The notes below the pieces were generated by a model, which worked only from the letters and a program-made list of their open reading frames with translations, had not been told where the DNA came from and did not search any database. DNA of 64,000 nt. It comes from a virus. The DNA is taken from positions 1 to 64,000 of IMG/VR virus record IMGVR_UViG_3300010883_028422; one strand, given 5' to 3'. This document shows positions 1 to 10,011 of the stretch, piece by piece; within the stretch, counting starts at the first letter, position 1; every line of letters begins with the position of its first letter. Position numbers and translations under genes: made by a program.

Positions 1-3000
1 CAAGCCCTGAAAGATCATGGAAACATTCGCCCCTCAGGTCTTCAGCATTCTAAGTTTTTCTCCAACAACCAAGGGTGGATTCCCAATGACCTTGCTCACG
101 TCTCCTGGAACGCCACGTTGGAAAGCATATTTAAAGTTATTTTGGGCACAGCGGAAAGCGAGGGCTCTATCGGTGCTCGCATTGATAGTTTAACTGCCGA
201 AGACTTCATTGGCTTTAGACATTATATTGACGAGCTAGAGAGAGTGTTCTATAAAGCAACCACTGAGGAGGGCTTTAATGAGCAATTTACATCTTTAGAG
301 GAGGTCAAATCAATATATATTATGGCTAGAGAGACGGCGTATATGCTCGCAGTGCTTCGAGTTTCTGGCGCAAAAAGAGTTTCGTTTGGCCTCGGAATTT
401 CTTCTGATATAGAATATAAACTAACTTCTGTTGGCAGGGAGATTGACAATGCTGATGGCTTTCTAAAGCAAGTTGATGCTGATGGCAAATTATTGCCCAA
501 AGAGGAGCGTCTTGGTAGCTTGCTCGAACACTCAAAGACTAATCCGATTTTTAATGGTCGTGGGAATGCGCATGGATTGACAGATGACATGGGTTATGAC
601 AGTCCTTATTCTCAAATAGGTGAAACCGGTGGCCAACTTGGTGTAAAGGCAAATCGCGGAAGCTTGGCTGGTGGCACACCTAGCGAAAGTGTTGACTGGT
701 TTTTGTCGTTAGAGGTTGTATTTTATGAAAGAATAAGGATCGCAGTTTCGCGGTTTTTCTTAGGTAATCCGCACGATGGTCACTTTGAAGATTTTCTTAT
801 TTCGATGTCTATGCTGACAAGAGTACATGGCCCGGAAGAGGTGCTTAATGTTGTGACGCCCGCCGGCCGCTGGATGAACGAGGCCGAATCTAGAAAAGTT
901 GTGCTGGATATGATGGGGCCAGGCACTCTTGGTAAGCTTAGGAATAATTTTATTGATAATTTTATCGCCATGTTTACCTCAAGGCTTGATAGGTTGCCCG
1001 CAGAGGCAAAGGAGGCCGCCCTGGCAGACCTTAAAGAATTGTTAGAAACAGCGCGTCTTGGGGCTGCTGCAGAATCTGGGCATGTTGACAATTTGTTTGA
1101 TTCAATCAGGGGCTTGCTCGGAAAAGCGCATATGGCTCCGCCTTCTGATGCCTATGCAGAGCCTGTGCTGTTATTTAAAAATGGTTCATGGAAATACTTG
1201 GAGTTAGGTGAGCATGAGTCTTATAACTGGGCAAGTGGGCATCAAAAGTATATTAGAGATAATTTTTCGGAAACTGCATTTACTGGAAACTCAGGTCAGC
1301 CTACGCCGGCACGTCCTGTAATTAAAAACCAGGATGGCTCGATTGCCGAGGATCTGGACATCGGTGGGCATGGTACGGATAGTCGAATTATGGACTTAAG
1401 TGGGCTTTACGGCAACTCAGGAGAACAGTGGGCTGTTTGGGGAAATTTTGAGCTGATAGAGTATAGGGCCCTACGATTTATAGATGATGCCTATGAAGAA
1501 AAGATTGCTGATGATCGGCACGGCGTCGTCATGCTTATAGACCGTACGTTTCAATTTCATATTGCCAATGATGGTGTAGTGCTGTATGATGGGCATCAGA
1601 GCTACTTTCTTAGGACTCATATAGAAATAAACAGGAAGATGGGGAAGATCCAACGTATTTTGTTTGACTGGAACCACGCCATCATGAACGGCGACGAGAC
1701 AATCGAAGCGCCGCCCGCGAGCATAGCTGATGAATTAACGGGACTTTTTAAATTAATATCTGAATCATCTAAACATTTTAGATGGTTATATGACCATGGA
1801 TATATATCAAAAAATCAATACCTATTCTATCTTGATGAAGTATATATTTTCTCAAATAATATAGTTAGGCTGGAGAAGGTGGGCGTTCATATACCTCCCG
1901 AGGTTAAAGTGCTTGATGATACCGGCAAGCTCGGGAGTCTTTTTGCTATAACTCCAGAGGAGATAGCTGGCATAATATCTAAAGAGGAGCTGGCGAGAGG
2001 GGGTTATTGGGAAAGAGGCATCTTCTTGGGCAAAGTAAAGAATGGCGGCGCTGATCTAGACTTTGCAGGTGTCAAAGGAAGGGACCGCGGCGGGTATACA
2101 GGGTTGAGCACCGAGATTAATGAAGCTCGAAAGACTAATGATCTTTTTTCAGAACGCACCAGGGGCGCTAGATCGGGCGAGCCTGGTGGTGATATTGATG
2201 ATTTAGTTCGTGTTACTGATGATCTTGGTGAGCCGACACCAACCCCCGTAGAGTGGCTTAATCCACCTGATGCTCCTAACCCTAGAACACCTACGAGAAA
2301 TGCTGATGATCCTAGCGACCCAATGCATGGGAGATTGACGGCCGAGGGGGCTGCTTATAGTAAGTCAAGCGCCCAATTACCAAGTTTTCTTGATTACCCA
2401 GACCCCAAAGGGTTTGAGGGCGCGTATGTTTTATTCGGAAATAACCCCCTTGGTGATAAACTAATTTGGTACAGCGTTGTCCCTCCAGAAAATATACGAG
2501 AAGCATATGCCGATAGAGTATTGGCTGGTCCGCTAATCATTGACTTTAAAGAGGTTGGTCCTAGTAGGGTGCGGGTGGCTATATATTCGGGAAGTAAGCC
2601 CACCGAAGCTGCTCCGGACCCCAAAATGGTTAGGGTCTATTGGAAAGACGCACCAACAAATAGATATGCACCAGAGAGCCTGGGGGGGGGCGACCTTGAT
2701 TCATTTTTAAAAACCCTTTCTCATGAAAATTTTTCGGGCCCATATAAAGGTGTTGATAATGCTCTTGCTGATGCGGGGATAAGCTCGGCTAGAATTCCGG
2801 AGCCGGACGTTCCAGAGCCGCCTGCCGAAGGAATGGTGGTTTCGCTACATACGCTTGCATCAGAAAGGGTTGTTAGTTTGAATAAGTTGGTAGAGCATAT
2901 AGATGATGGCTTGCTGGATGCATCCGGAATGACTGATGGGCAAAAAACATATTATAAGGTTCTGAAGGGAATAACTGGCGATGCAGGGGGAGAGGCCGGC

Positions 3001-6000
3001 TTATTTAAATCTTCAGATGGGTTGTATTATGTGCAATATGATAATGGACCAATAATCGTTGTTGGAGCGGAAGCCGGAGGGCTTGAGAACCTTCGGGGTA
3101 TTGCGAGCGCTTTGGACAACATTCATTTTAGAATTACTGATGGAAACCTGCAGGTGTCTGGAAAGGCAGGTTCTTCTGCGGATGACTTTTCTCCATTATC
3201 TAACACAGGCAATGTTAGGTTCAGTGATCTTCTCTCCGGAGTGCTGGATGAGTCCAGCAGGCCTGTAGGATCTACGCAAGTATCACTTCCTATCCCGCTA
3301 AAAAATATTGATAGAGGAACTTTAGATAATATTAGTGCAGGAGTATTGGACGAGCTGCTCAGGCTAAACCCTGATATTCATGTTGCGAGAAAGAACGCGA
3401 TATATAATGGAGAAGATAATCTTGAAAGTTTTGATATAGTGTTTTTCGTACGTGAGGGTGGGGAAGAAGTTCTTATTGATCTTGGAAATCTTCCTGCAGA
3501 TGCTATTGATGCTTTTGCGCATAAGCTTTTGGGTAAGCCAAAAGTTGGAGCGGAAGCTGGGGAGGCATTTGATGATAGCATGCGCTTTGTAAAGAGCCAT
3601 TGGGAAGGCTTGTTAGATGACTCAATTGAGGCTGAGCGTGCGCATGCGAAAGCATCAGAGGGCGGAGCCGCAATTTCAAAATATAGGTTGGGAGACGAAG
3701 TTGTTGATTCGGATGGTAAAAAAGCTGTAGTTATAAAGGTTCATGGCGGGAAAGGCTCTCCAGGTCAGCAGCTTGCCGTTCGGTATGAAGATGGCACTCA
3801 AAAGATTATTGATGATGTTTCTTCGCTAAAGTTTAAAGGTGAATCGGAAGTAAGGACCGCTGTAGATGAGTCTGTTCCGGATTTGCTTAGACATAGAAGT
3901 ACTGCTGATTATCAAAATATAGTTGATAATTATCGCTTAACAACAACAATAACTTTTAATACAGGCTTGTTTGATGAGTCAGAAGGCACGCTGCTTCTTC
4001 GCCCGAATATATTAAAGAATGCAGGCTTTGAGGGTACGCCGGGTACTGATAGGTTCCCGAGACTAATTCCGCATCTTCAGGATGAAGAGATTTTTGGAAG
4101 TAAGTATTCGGGCGAGTCTGTGGTTGCCGTCTGGATTGATGATGGCCCGCTACCAGCTATGTTCGTTCTCCGCAAGACTGAGGGTTCAAATGGTTTGGAC
4201 CCACATGATGGAGACTACAGAAGCCCGCTTCGTATTGTTTCAGAAGGAACGGCTGATACAGACATTAGGTTTGCAAAATCAGAGACTGCGCCGGAAGCCA
4301 CGGTGAAGCGTCGTACGGGAATTGAATTGCAGGCTATAACTCCAGAGGGAAGGGACGGAAATTCTTATGAGTTAGATTTATTTATGACGGGCATGGGGAC
4401 CCGAGGTCCCGCTGTAAGTCGGGTTGATGGCGTGGCCGCCACATTAAGGCCTCTTGCTAGCGGAGAGGATGACCCATTTAGAACTTTTACTATGGCTGCA
4501 AAAAATCAGTATATAGCAGACGCAGAAGAGGGAAGCTTGGTTAGGCTTAGAAATCTTAATCATGAGACACAAAGAGCGGTATTGGAGCAGGCAAAAGCTT
4601 TGGGGCTCGAGCAGAGTGTGGCCACATTAAGAAGTAATGGCGTTAGTGACGGCAAGATTAGAATGCTTTTGATTAGAGATTCTGAGCTTGGAGTAGCCCC
4701 GAACGGACAGGTATTCGATTTATGGTCAGAATTGTTGGATTTGGAGGATGGTCACCTTATAGTTGCTGTTGATGGTATAAAGTTTACAACCCATCCCCGT
4801 TCTAGTCACTCAAGACAATTCACATTTGTATGGAACGCAAGAACCCCTGTGCATCGCGGAATTGGAGAGATTGATTTGTCAACAGCTGAGTTGCGTGCAG
4901 CGCCATCTAAATGGGATGAGCCTTTGTCCTACTGGGATGAGGGCCAGCCTGTAATAATAGCCAGCCCTGATGCTACTCCAGAGGGCGTAACTACAGTTAG
5001 AAATATCAAAGGATTAGCTGACTTTTTAGATTCCGCAACTGATAGTGCAGATGGCGTAAAGAAGCATACGTCTATAGTTGGCAGGAAGCCCGCGCAGGGT
5101 GAAGAGGTTAGGGTAACATTTAATGAGCCATATGAGCCTCCAAGGCGCTATACTCATAGTTATGACGGAACCTCATTGGGTCCAGATAAGTTGGGTAAGG
5201 TTTCTTATTTAGACGGAGTTTTTTACGGTATAGAGCCTCTCGATACTGATGGTGGATATAGGGCTTTTCTCAAAACATCTGAGCTTGATGCGGATGGTGA
5301 CGAGGTGGTGAGGATAATTCGTAATAAATATATTAAAGATTATAGCACTGCAAGCAATGTCTTGAGGGCTACCGATAACATCTTTCCTCACTTAGAAGAT
5401 CCAGATGCGGATAAGCTCAAAGAGCTTTGTAGTATTTTAATAACGATAAAAGATCAATTGGCCGGGAATGATGCTGTAAGAATAAATGATCCTTTCTTTA
5501 AAAAATTATTCGATAAGGCTACGAGTAAAAGATTTGCAACATTAAGCAGCTATATTGATGATAACTCTTTAAAAAATACAGCATTGGCCAAGAAGTCTTT
5601 GGAAGATACGATTGGCTCTATAGAGGTTGTTGAGGAAACAAGGGGTCTTAGCTCATTAGTCATCAGAGCTGGTAAGAATAAGTATATCAAGGTTGGCGTA
5701 GAAGTCATGTCTGACGGTGGATATAGGATTTATGGATTTCAAACATCAACTGATGGAGTAAATTTTGAAAATTTAAGTGCTGCTGTTGACATATCTGCGC
5801 TAAAAAGTCTAAAGGGGTTTGGAGCAACGCCTTCAACTGCTCATGTTGCTCGTAATCAAGCGCAGTATCTTGGAGTAGTATCTACTCCGGGTAATGTTCG
5901 CTCAATAATAACCAATCCCAATAACAACACTATACAGGTTGAGGTGGTAGAAGCAGGGCAGGTATATGTTTACAAAATATTGGGTAGTGGTGATAGTGAG

Positions 6001-9000
6001 ACCTTAGAGGGGACTCCTGCAGCAATACTCGGTAGGGCAATTGGGGACAGTTCTGTTCTTGGAGTTCCGCCAAGACTGGGGTCTGGAGACGTTATAAGAT
6101 ATAGAACGTCATCAGTAAGATCTCATATGAATATAGATGCAATATTTATAACAAATCAGAGGGGCGCGGCAGCTGGAGATATAAACTACTGGTATCAGGG
6201 TTCTAGGGCGGGAGCAGATTGGACAGACGAGGCCGCGCTAATTGGGCCAAAGAATACATATGTTGTTGGTGGAATTGCAGGTGGAGGGGTAAAGGGCCAC
6301 GTTGATTTTGTAAGTGAATTTTTTGACAACCTTCCAGAGGGTCATGGGCCTAATCCGTTTTATATTAACAATGGTCAAGGCCTGATGCATAGGACTAGGT
6401 ATGGTAAAGATGGCCGCTTGGTATCTGAATATGTATCTAGTATTTCGCAAGGCCCATCGGAGTCTGTAGGCGTGCCCGCCCCCTATGTTGATTTTGTATG
6501 GCCGCAAGCTCCAACCAGAAGGCAGCTTGATCTTTTGTCAGAAGAGTTAGCTGCGATGTGTGTAGACTGCAAAAAGGGCACCTATATACCTGGATATGGT
6601 ACAGTTGAAGAAGTAAGGTACGACCCCAGCAAGCAGTATATAGTGTCAATTTCCTTTAGAAGGCCGCTCGAAGGCGTGATTGATAGTGGTGGAAACACAA
6701 AAGACTATATTACAGAGCATATTCCAGTAGAGGTCCTTAGGGGCAGGGACACCGGCATGGACGTATTAAAGGCGCTGGTTACAGCGGATGGGACTCAGGC
6801 CCAGGCTGTAGGCGCGTTTATTGACCAAGTAACAGACGTTTTTAAGAGATACCAAGATCTTGGCATAAGGCCTGTGGATAATAAAAGGATTAAAATTTAT
6901 TTTGATAATGAAACAGGTGCGCTAAGAAATACCAACTCCAATGATGCCGTAGAGTTAGTGATAAATCTTGGCCTGCCAAGAATGGACTCTTTGGGCAAAA
7001 ATATAGATTATTATGACCAAACTATGGCAATGGTATTAGATCTGCTTCAATTTAAAAACCAGAGACTTGCTGAAGCAGAGCAGAAGATTAAGCAGGTTGC
7101 TGCATTAGCTAACTTGTTACAGCAGCGCGTAGCGAGAAAGGGCGAGGCCTATTTAGATATAGACCCTAATCTGGCCAAACTCCCGGGCGTAAGAGATGTT
7201 GGCTATAATAAACTTCCAAAAAGGCCGTCATCTATTGATTCTGCTCCATTTGCAACAAAAGAGGAGGCCGTATGGAAGATGATTTACGCCAAAAGAGGAG
7301 AGAGCGGAGGACCTGGCTTTATTGCTTTGTTGCAAGAGATAGGCTATCATCCATCTTCTAATAATTACGGAATGACATTCCAGACTGAATTTTTAGCAAT
7401 TCAAAGGCTTGGTGAATCTCTAACCGAATTGTATACGCCCAAAGGAAGAGAGCCTGGGTGGCAGGCCGGGTTGGATCATAGAGACAATATTGCAACGTTA
7501 TTTTCAAAGGAAGGAATGTTTGGAACAAGGGCTTTAAACCCCCCAGTTGACCCTGGCAACCCACTTAATTTTCAGCCTATGAGTAAAGTCAAGAGTACTG
7601 AGGCGTATGTGGACGGAATAACGGATTTTGAGCAGGCTTATGTAGCTATGAGGAACTTAGCCCTTGATTTGGATAGAGAAATTTCAAATAGAATAAAGGA
7701 TGAAGTTTTAAGGGCAGCAGGTAAGTCACTCAGAAAGATGGTTTCTGGAGATGACCCGGGTAATGTTCTTGCAAGAGAATTTTTATTGCACAATACACAT
7801 CTAAAGCCAGAAACGAAGTCTGGGCTCGGGAAAAACTATCAGGAGGCTGCAAAGAAGGCTGCAAAAGAGCGTAGCCGTTTACTCTCAGGAAATTTAAAAT
7901 ATCACACCGATCTTGACTCTCCAGTGCCGGGTTTTTCGGCTCGCATTCAGGCTGCACAAAGAGGTGGCAGAACCGATGAGGGTGTCCCGCAACTCCAAGG
8001 TGAATGGACTAGCTTGGCGAATAAGCCAATAAAGGCTTCGTACTTTTTTATGGATCATATTAGAAATGGTACTCATAGATGGATGATGGATGATTTAAAA
8101 ATACCGGTCATGAGTGAACTTGCCGGATCTGGAATGCCTCCAGAGGTAGGAGCCCCTTTCCACCTGGGAGGGCCCTTTAGCCCATGGGCTCTTGTGGGGC
8201 TACCATCACTAATGAGATATCCTGGAGCGAGTGTTGATAGGGTAAATGATCTTGGAAAAAGCCGCTGGTGGATGGGAGGAGGCCCGGCCGGCGAAGGAGT
8301 GGCAGCTGGGGTGCCACGATTGGCGTTTGGTCCAAAAAGAAAAATATTTACAACGTCTGATGGTCTTGCTAAATCTCGATTTATAAGGCTTATTGGCGCG
8401 ATGGACGAAGGTGCTTTGAGCCTCAAGGGGTGGGATGACCTCTATTGGAATGCCGGCAGGGCCAAGCAGTCGATCATGATTATCACCGGGCTTGTTCATA
8501 ATGTTATTGCGAATTTTACATCAGCAATGTCGGCTGTTATTGTGCGTGGTGGAGGATTTTGGATTAACCACTCATCCGCCAAGTCAATTTACAAGTTTTG
8601 GGAAGTGGGCAACGAGAAGGGTGCACTTAAGCTTCTTAAAGGAGCAGGAGGTTTGTGGGGGCTTTTATGCTTTGTTGACCTGTTAGACCATGTCATCGAA
8701 GGCACAACGGGGCATAATATAATCCCCGGGCACGCAGGAACTCCTTTTCGTACTTTACACCACATGACTCATACAGAGGGTGGTGGGCTAAAGACTGAGG
8801 GCACTTTACCTGTTGGAGATTTATATGAATTTTATAAAAAATATATAGAGTCTATGCCGGTTTGTGCAAATGACGTATTTCAATGGGCCAGTAATGATAT
8901 TGTATTAAAGAACATACACAGGCAGAAGGAAATGATGTCTGGTGACCCAGAGTTTACTAAACAGATTCACCAACTGGTTCATGACTTTGTTATGAAGGGC

Positions 9001-9954
9001 ATACATACCGATAAGGGAGGAAGGCAGTCCGATCCGGATAAATGTTATTTTTCACATATATCGTCTGGTACGAATTGGGCAGAAGAAGGCTTGACATCAT
9101 TGCTCCTCTCCTCAACTGGTTTTGCTCCAAACTTAGATCTTCACAGGGGGATGAGGGAGGAGACGGAATGGTGGATGGAGGATTCTGTCGGAGGCGCTCC
9201 AACAGAAGATGAGATTGTTGAGTTTATTTCTGATGCATTGTTAGCAGATACAATTAGAAAGGCATATGGCGAAGAAGGAACATGGTCGCAGATGGGAGAG
9301 GAGGGCCTGGTGGTATATGATGAAGATATTGCGGGTTGGCATAGCGAGATGGCTAGATATAGGGCGGGCATTGAGAATCCAGATGGTACCTTTAATAATA
9401 AATTAAGTCAATGCGATGCGAAGAGGATTAGGCATGAAGAAACTGGGACTGGAACGTTTAATCCATCTACAGAATGTCAGGGTGATGAGAGTACAACTTT
9501 ATACTATCATTTCCAAGCCGAAGAAAGTGATAAGGGCGAAGAAGGTAATGAGAGCCATCCAACCGGGCTTACTACAACTGCACATGATGAGTTGATGATA
9601 CAGATTGATGTACTAGCAGCAGGATTGGATAGTTTGGTCAAAGAATACGATAAGCAGTTTGACGATAACAGGGGTCTGGCCGCAAGGTATACAGATGGAG
9701 ATCTTTTTGAAACATTTAAAAATGTAACATGGGACCTCATTGCGAGTCATGATTCGGGTAGCGTAAAGGATAGAGCTCTGAAGGATGACTTGTGGTATGG
9801 AAGTTGGGAGTTTGATTTTAAAGACCCTGATAGCGCCACCCCTGCCGCCGACGACGATGATGACTCTTCGGATGATGCCGATAATCGTATACCAGTCAGT
9901 GAGCAAAAGACAATTGAGCCGCTAGATCCTAATTCCAACATCCAAAGACCATAG
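1..9954 (+). CDS. Giant hypothetical protein (>3300 aa, 5'-truncated), probably virion-associated or ejected
   Basis: Frame 1 is open from base 1 (QALKDHGNIRPSG...) through the track's TTG at 118 to TAG at 9952-9954, so the real start lies upstream of the window. Contains an SH3/Tudor-like patch near 3679-3816 and hydrophobic Gly-rich segments near 8470-8685. Function is inferred from position only. Confidence 0.85.
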   Translation, partial: QALKDHGNIRPSGLQHSKFFSNNQGWIPNDLAHVSWNATLESIFKVILGTAESEGSIGARIDSLTAEDFIGFRHYIDELERVFYKATTEEGFNEQFTSLEEVKSIYIMARETAYMLAVLRVSGAKRVSFGLGISSDIEYKLTSVGREIDNADGFLKQVDADGKLLPKEERLGSLLEHSKTNPIFNGRGNAHGLTDDMGYDSPYSQIGETGGQLGVKANRGSLAGGTPSESVDWFLSLEVVFYERIRIAVSRFFLGNPHDGHFEDFLISMSMLTRVHGPEEVLNVVTPAGRWMNEAESRKVVLDMMGPGTLGKLRNNFIDNFIAMFTSRLDRLPAEAKEAALADLKELLETARLGAAAESGHVDNLFDSIRGLLGKAHMAPPSDAYAEPVLLFKNGSWKYLELGEHESYNWASGHQKYIRDNFSETAFTGNSGQPTPARPVIKNQDGSIAEDLDIGGHGTDSRIMDLSGLYGNSGEQWAVWGNFELIEYRALRFIDDAYEEKIADDRHGVVMLIDRTFQFHIANDGVVLYDGHQSYFLRTHIEINRKMGKIQRILFDWNHAIMNGDETIEAPPASIADELTGLFKLISESSKHFRWLYDHGYISKNQYLFYLDEVYIFSNNIVRLEKVGVHIPPEVKVLDDTGKLGSLFAITPEEIAGIISKEELARGGYWERGIFLGKVKNGGADLDFAGVKGRDRGGYTGLSTEINEARKTNDLFSERTRGARSGEPGGDIDDLVRVTDDLGEPTPTPVEWLNPPDAPNPRTPTRNADDPSDPMHGRLTAEGAAYSKSSAQLPSFLDYPDPKGFEGAYVLFGNNPLGDKLIWYSVVPPENIREAYADRVLAGPLIIDFKEVGPSRVRVAIYSGSKPTEAAPDPKMVRVYWKDAPTNRYAPESLGGGDLDSFLKTLSHENFSGPYKGVDNALADAGISSARIPEPDVPEPPAEGMVVSLHTLASERVVSLNKLVEHIDDGLLDASGMTDGQKTYYKVLKGITGDAGGEAGLFKSSDGLYYVQYDNGPIIVVGAEAGGLENLRGIASALDNIHFRITDGNLQVSGKAGSSADDFSPLSNTGNVRFSDLLSGVLDESSRPVGSTQVSLPIPLKNIDRGTLDNISAGVLDELLRLNPDIHVARKNAIYNGEDNLESFDIVFFVREGGEEVLIDLGNLPADAIDAFAHKLLGKPKVGAEAGEAFDDSMRFVKSHWEGLLDDSIEAERAHAKASEGGAAISKYRLGDEVVDSDGKKAVVIKVHGGKGSPGQQLAVRYEDGTQKIIDDVSSLKFKGESEVRTAVDESVPDLLRHRSTADYQNIVDNYRLTTTITFNTGLFDESEGTLLLRPNILKNAGFEGTPGTDRFPRLIPHLQDEEIFGSKYSGESVVAVWIDDGPLPAMFVLRKTEGSNGLDPHDGDYRSPLRIVSEGTADTDIRFAKSETAPEATVKRRTGIELQAITPEGRDGNSYELDLFMTGMGTRGPAVSRVDGVAATLRPLASGEDDPFRTFTMAAKNQYIADAEEGSLVRLRNLNHETQRAVLEQAKALGLEQSVATLRSNGVSDGKIRMLLIRDSELGVAPNGQVFDLWSELLDLEDGHLIVAVDGIKFTTHPRSSHSRQFTFVWNARTPVHRGIGEIDLSTAELRAAPSKWDEPLSYWDEGQPVIIASPDATPEGVTTVRNIKGLADFLDSATDSADGVKKHTSIVGRKPAQGEEVRVTFNEPYEPPRRYTHSYDGTSLGPDKLGKVSYLDGVFYGIEPLDTDGGYRAFLKTSELDADGDEVVRIIRNKYIKDYSTASNVLRATDNIFPHLEDPDADKLKELCSILITIKDQLAGNDAVRINDPFFKKLFDKATSKRFATLSSYIDDNSLKNTALAKKSLEDTIGSIEVVEETRGLSSLVIRAGKNKYIKVGVEVMSDGGYRIYGFQTSTDGVNFENLSAAVDISALKSLKGFGATPSTAHVARNQAQYLGVVSTPGNVRSIITNPNNNTIQVEVVEAGQVYVYKILGSGDSETLEGTPAAILGRAIGDSSVLGVPPRLGSGDVIRYRTSSVRSHMNIDAIFITNQRGAAAGDINYWYQGSRAGADWTDEAALIGPKNTYVVGGIAGGGVKGHVDFVSEFFDNLPEGHGPNPFYINNGQGLMHRTRYGKDGRLVSEYVSSISQGPSESVGVPAPYVDFVWPQAPTRRQLDLLSEELAAMCVDCKKGTYIPGYGTVEEVRYDPSKQYIVSISFRRPLEGVIDSGGNTKDYITEHIPVEVLRGRDTGMDVLKALVTADGTQAQAVGAFIDQVTDVFKRYQDLGIRPVDNKRIKIYFDNETGALRNTNSNDAVELVINLGLPRMDSLGKNIDYYDQTMAMVLDLLQFKNQRLAEAEQKIKQVAALANLLQQRVARKGEAYLDIDPNLAKLPGVRDVGYNKLPKRPSSIDSAPFATKEEAVWKMIYAKRGESGGPGFIALLQEIGYHPSSNNYGMTFQTEFLAIQRLGESLTELYTPKGREPGWQAGLDHRDNIATLFSKEGMFGTRALNPPVDPGNPLNFQPMSKVKSTEAYVDGITDFEQAYVAMRNLALDLDREISNRIKDEVLRAAGKSLRKMVSGDDPGNVLAREFLLHNTHLKPETKSGLGKNYQEAAKKAAKERSRLLSGNLKYHTDLDSPVPGFSARIQAAQRGGRTDEGVPQLQGEWTSLANKPIKASYFFMDHIRNGTHRWMMDDLKIPVMSELAGSGMPPEVGAPFHLGGPFSPWALVGLPSLMRYPGASVDRVNDLGKSRWWMGGGPAGEGVAAGVPRLAFGPKRKIFTTSDGLAKSRFIRLIGAMDEGALSLKGWDDLYWNAGRAKQSIMIITGLVHNVIANFTSAMSAVIVRGGGFWINHSSAKSIYKFWEVGNEKGALKLLKGAGGLWGLLCFVDLLDHVIEGTTGHNIIPGHAGTPFRTLHHMTHTEGGGLKTEGTLPVGDLYEFYKKYIESMPVCANDVFQWASNDIVLKNIHRQKEMMSGDPEFTKQIHQLVHDFVMKGIHTDKGGRQSDPDKCYFSHISSGTNWAEEGLTSLLLSSTGFAPNLDLHRGMREETEWWMEDSVGGAPTEDEIVEFISDALLADTIRKAYGEEGTWSQMGEEGLVVYDEDIAGWHSEMARYRAGIENPDGTFNNKLSQCDAKRIRHEETGTGTFNPSTECQGDESTTLYYHFQAEESDKGEEGNESHPTGLTTTAHDELMIQIDVLAAGLDSLVKEYDKQFDDNRGLAARYTDGDLFETFKNVTWDLIASHDSGSVKDRALKDDLWYGSWEFDFKDPDSATPAADDDDDSSDDADNRIPVSEQKTIEPLDPNSNIQRP

Positions 9955-9970
9955 GTTTGATTTATTTATT

Positions 9971-9982
9971 CTGTTAATTAAT
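9971..9982 (+). promoter_or_regulatory. Candidate late-promoter element CTGTTAATTAAT
   Basis: One mismatch to CTATTAATTAAT at 13048. Lies 41 nt upstream of the 10012 start. Related motifs recur in other intergenic gaps. Confidence 0.4.
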
Positions 9983-10011
9983 ATTTATTATGAGTAAGCT
10001 AGGAGAATGCT

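Noticed and set aside
1357-1374. DIGGHG resembling the catalytic His motif of C80/caspase-like proteases
   Set aside because: There is no Cys at a suitable distance downstream.
5287-5301. DADGD resembling the DxDGD catalytic motif of two-barrel RNA polymerases (virion RNAP hypothesis)
   Set aside because: The flanks (KTSEL-DADGD-EVVRII) lack the NADFDGD-type context, and I found no other polymerase motifs. Only structure prediction could revive it.
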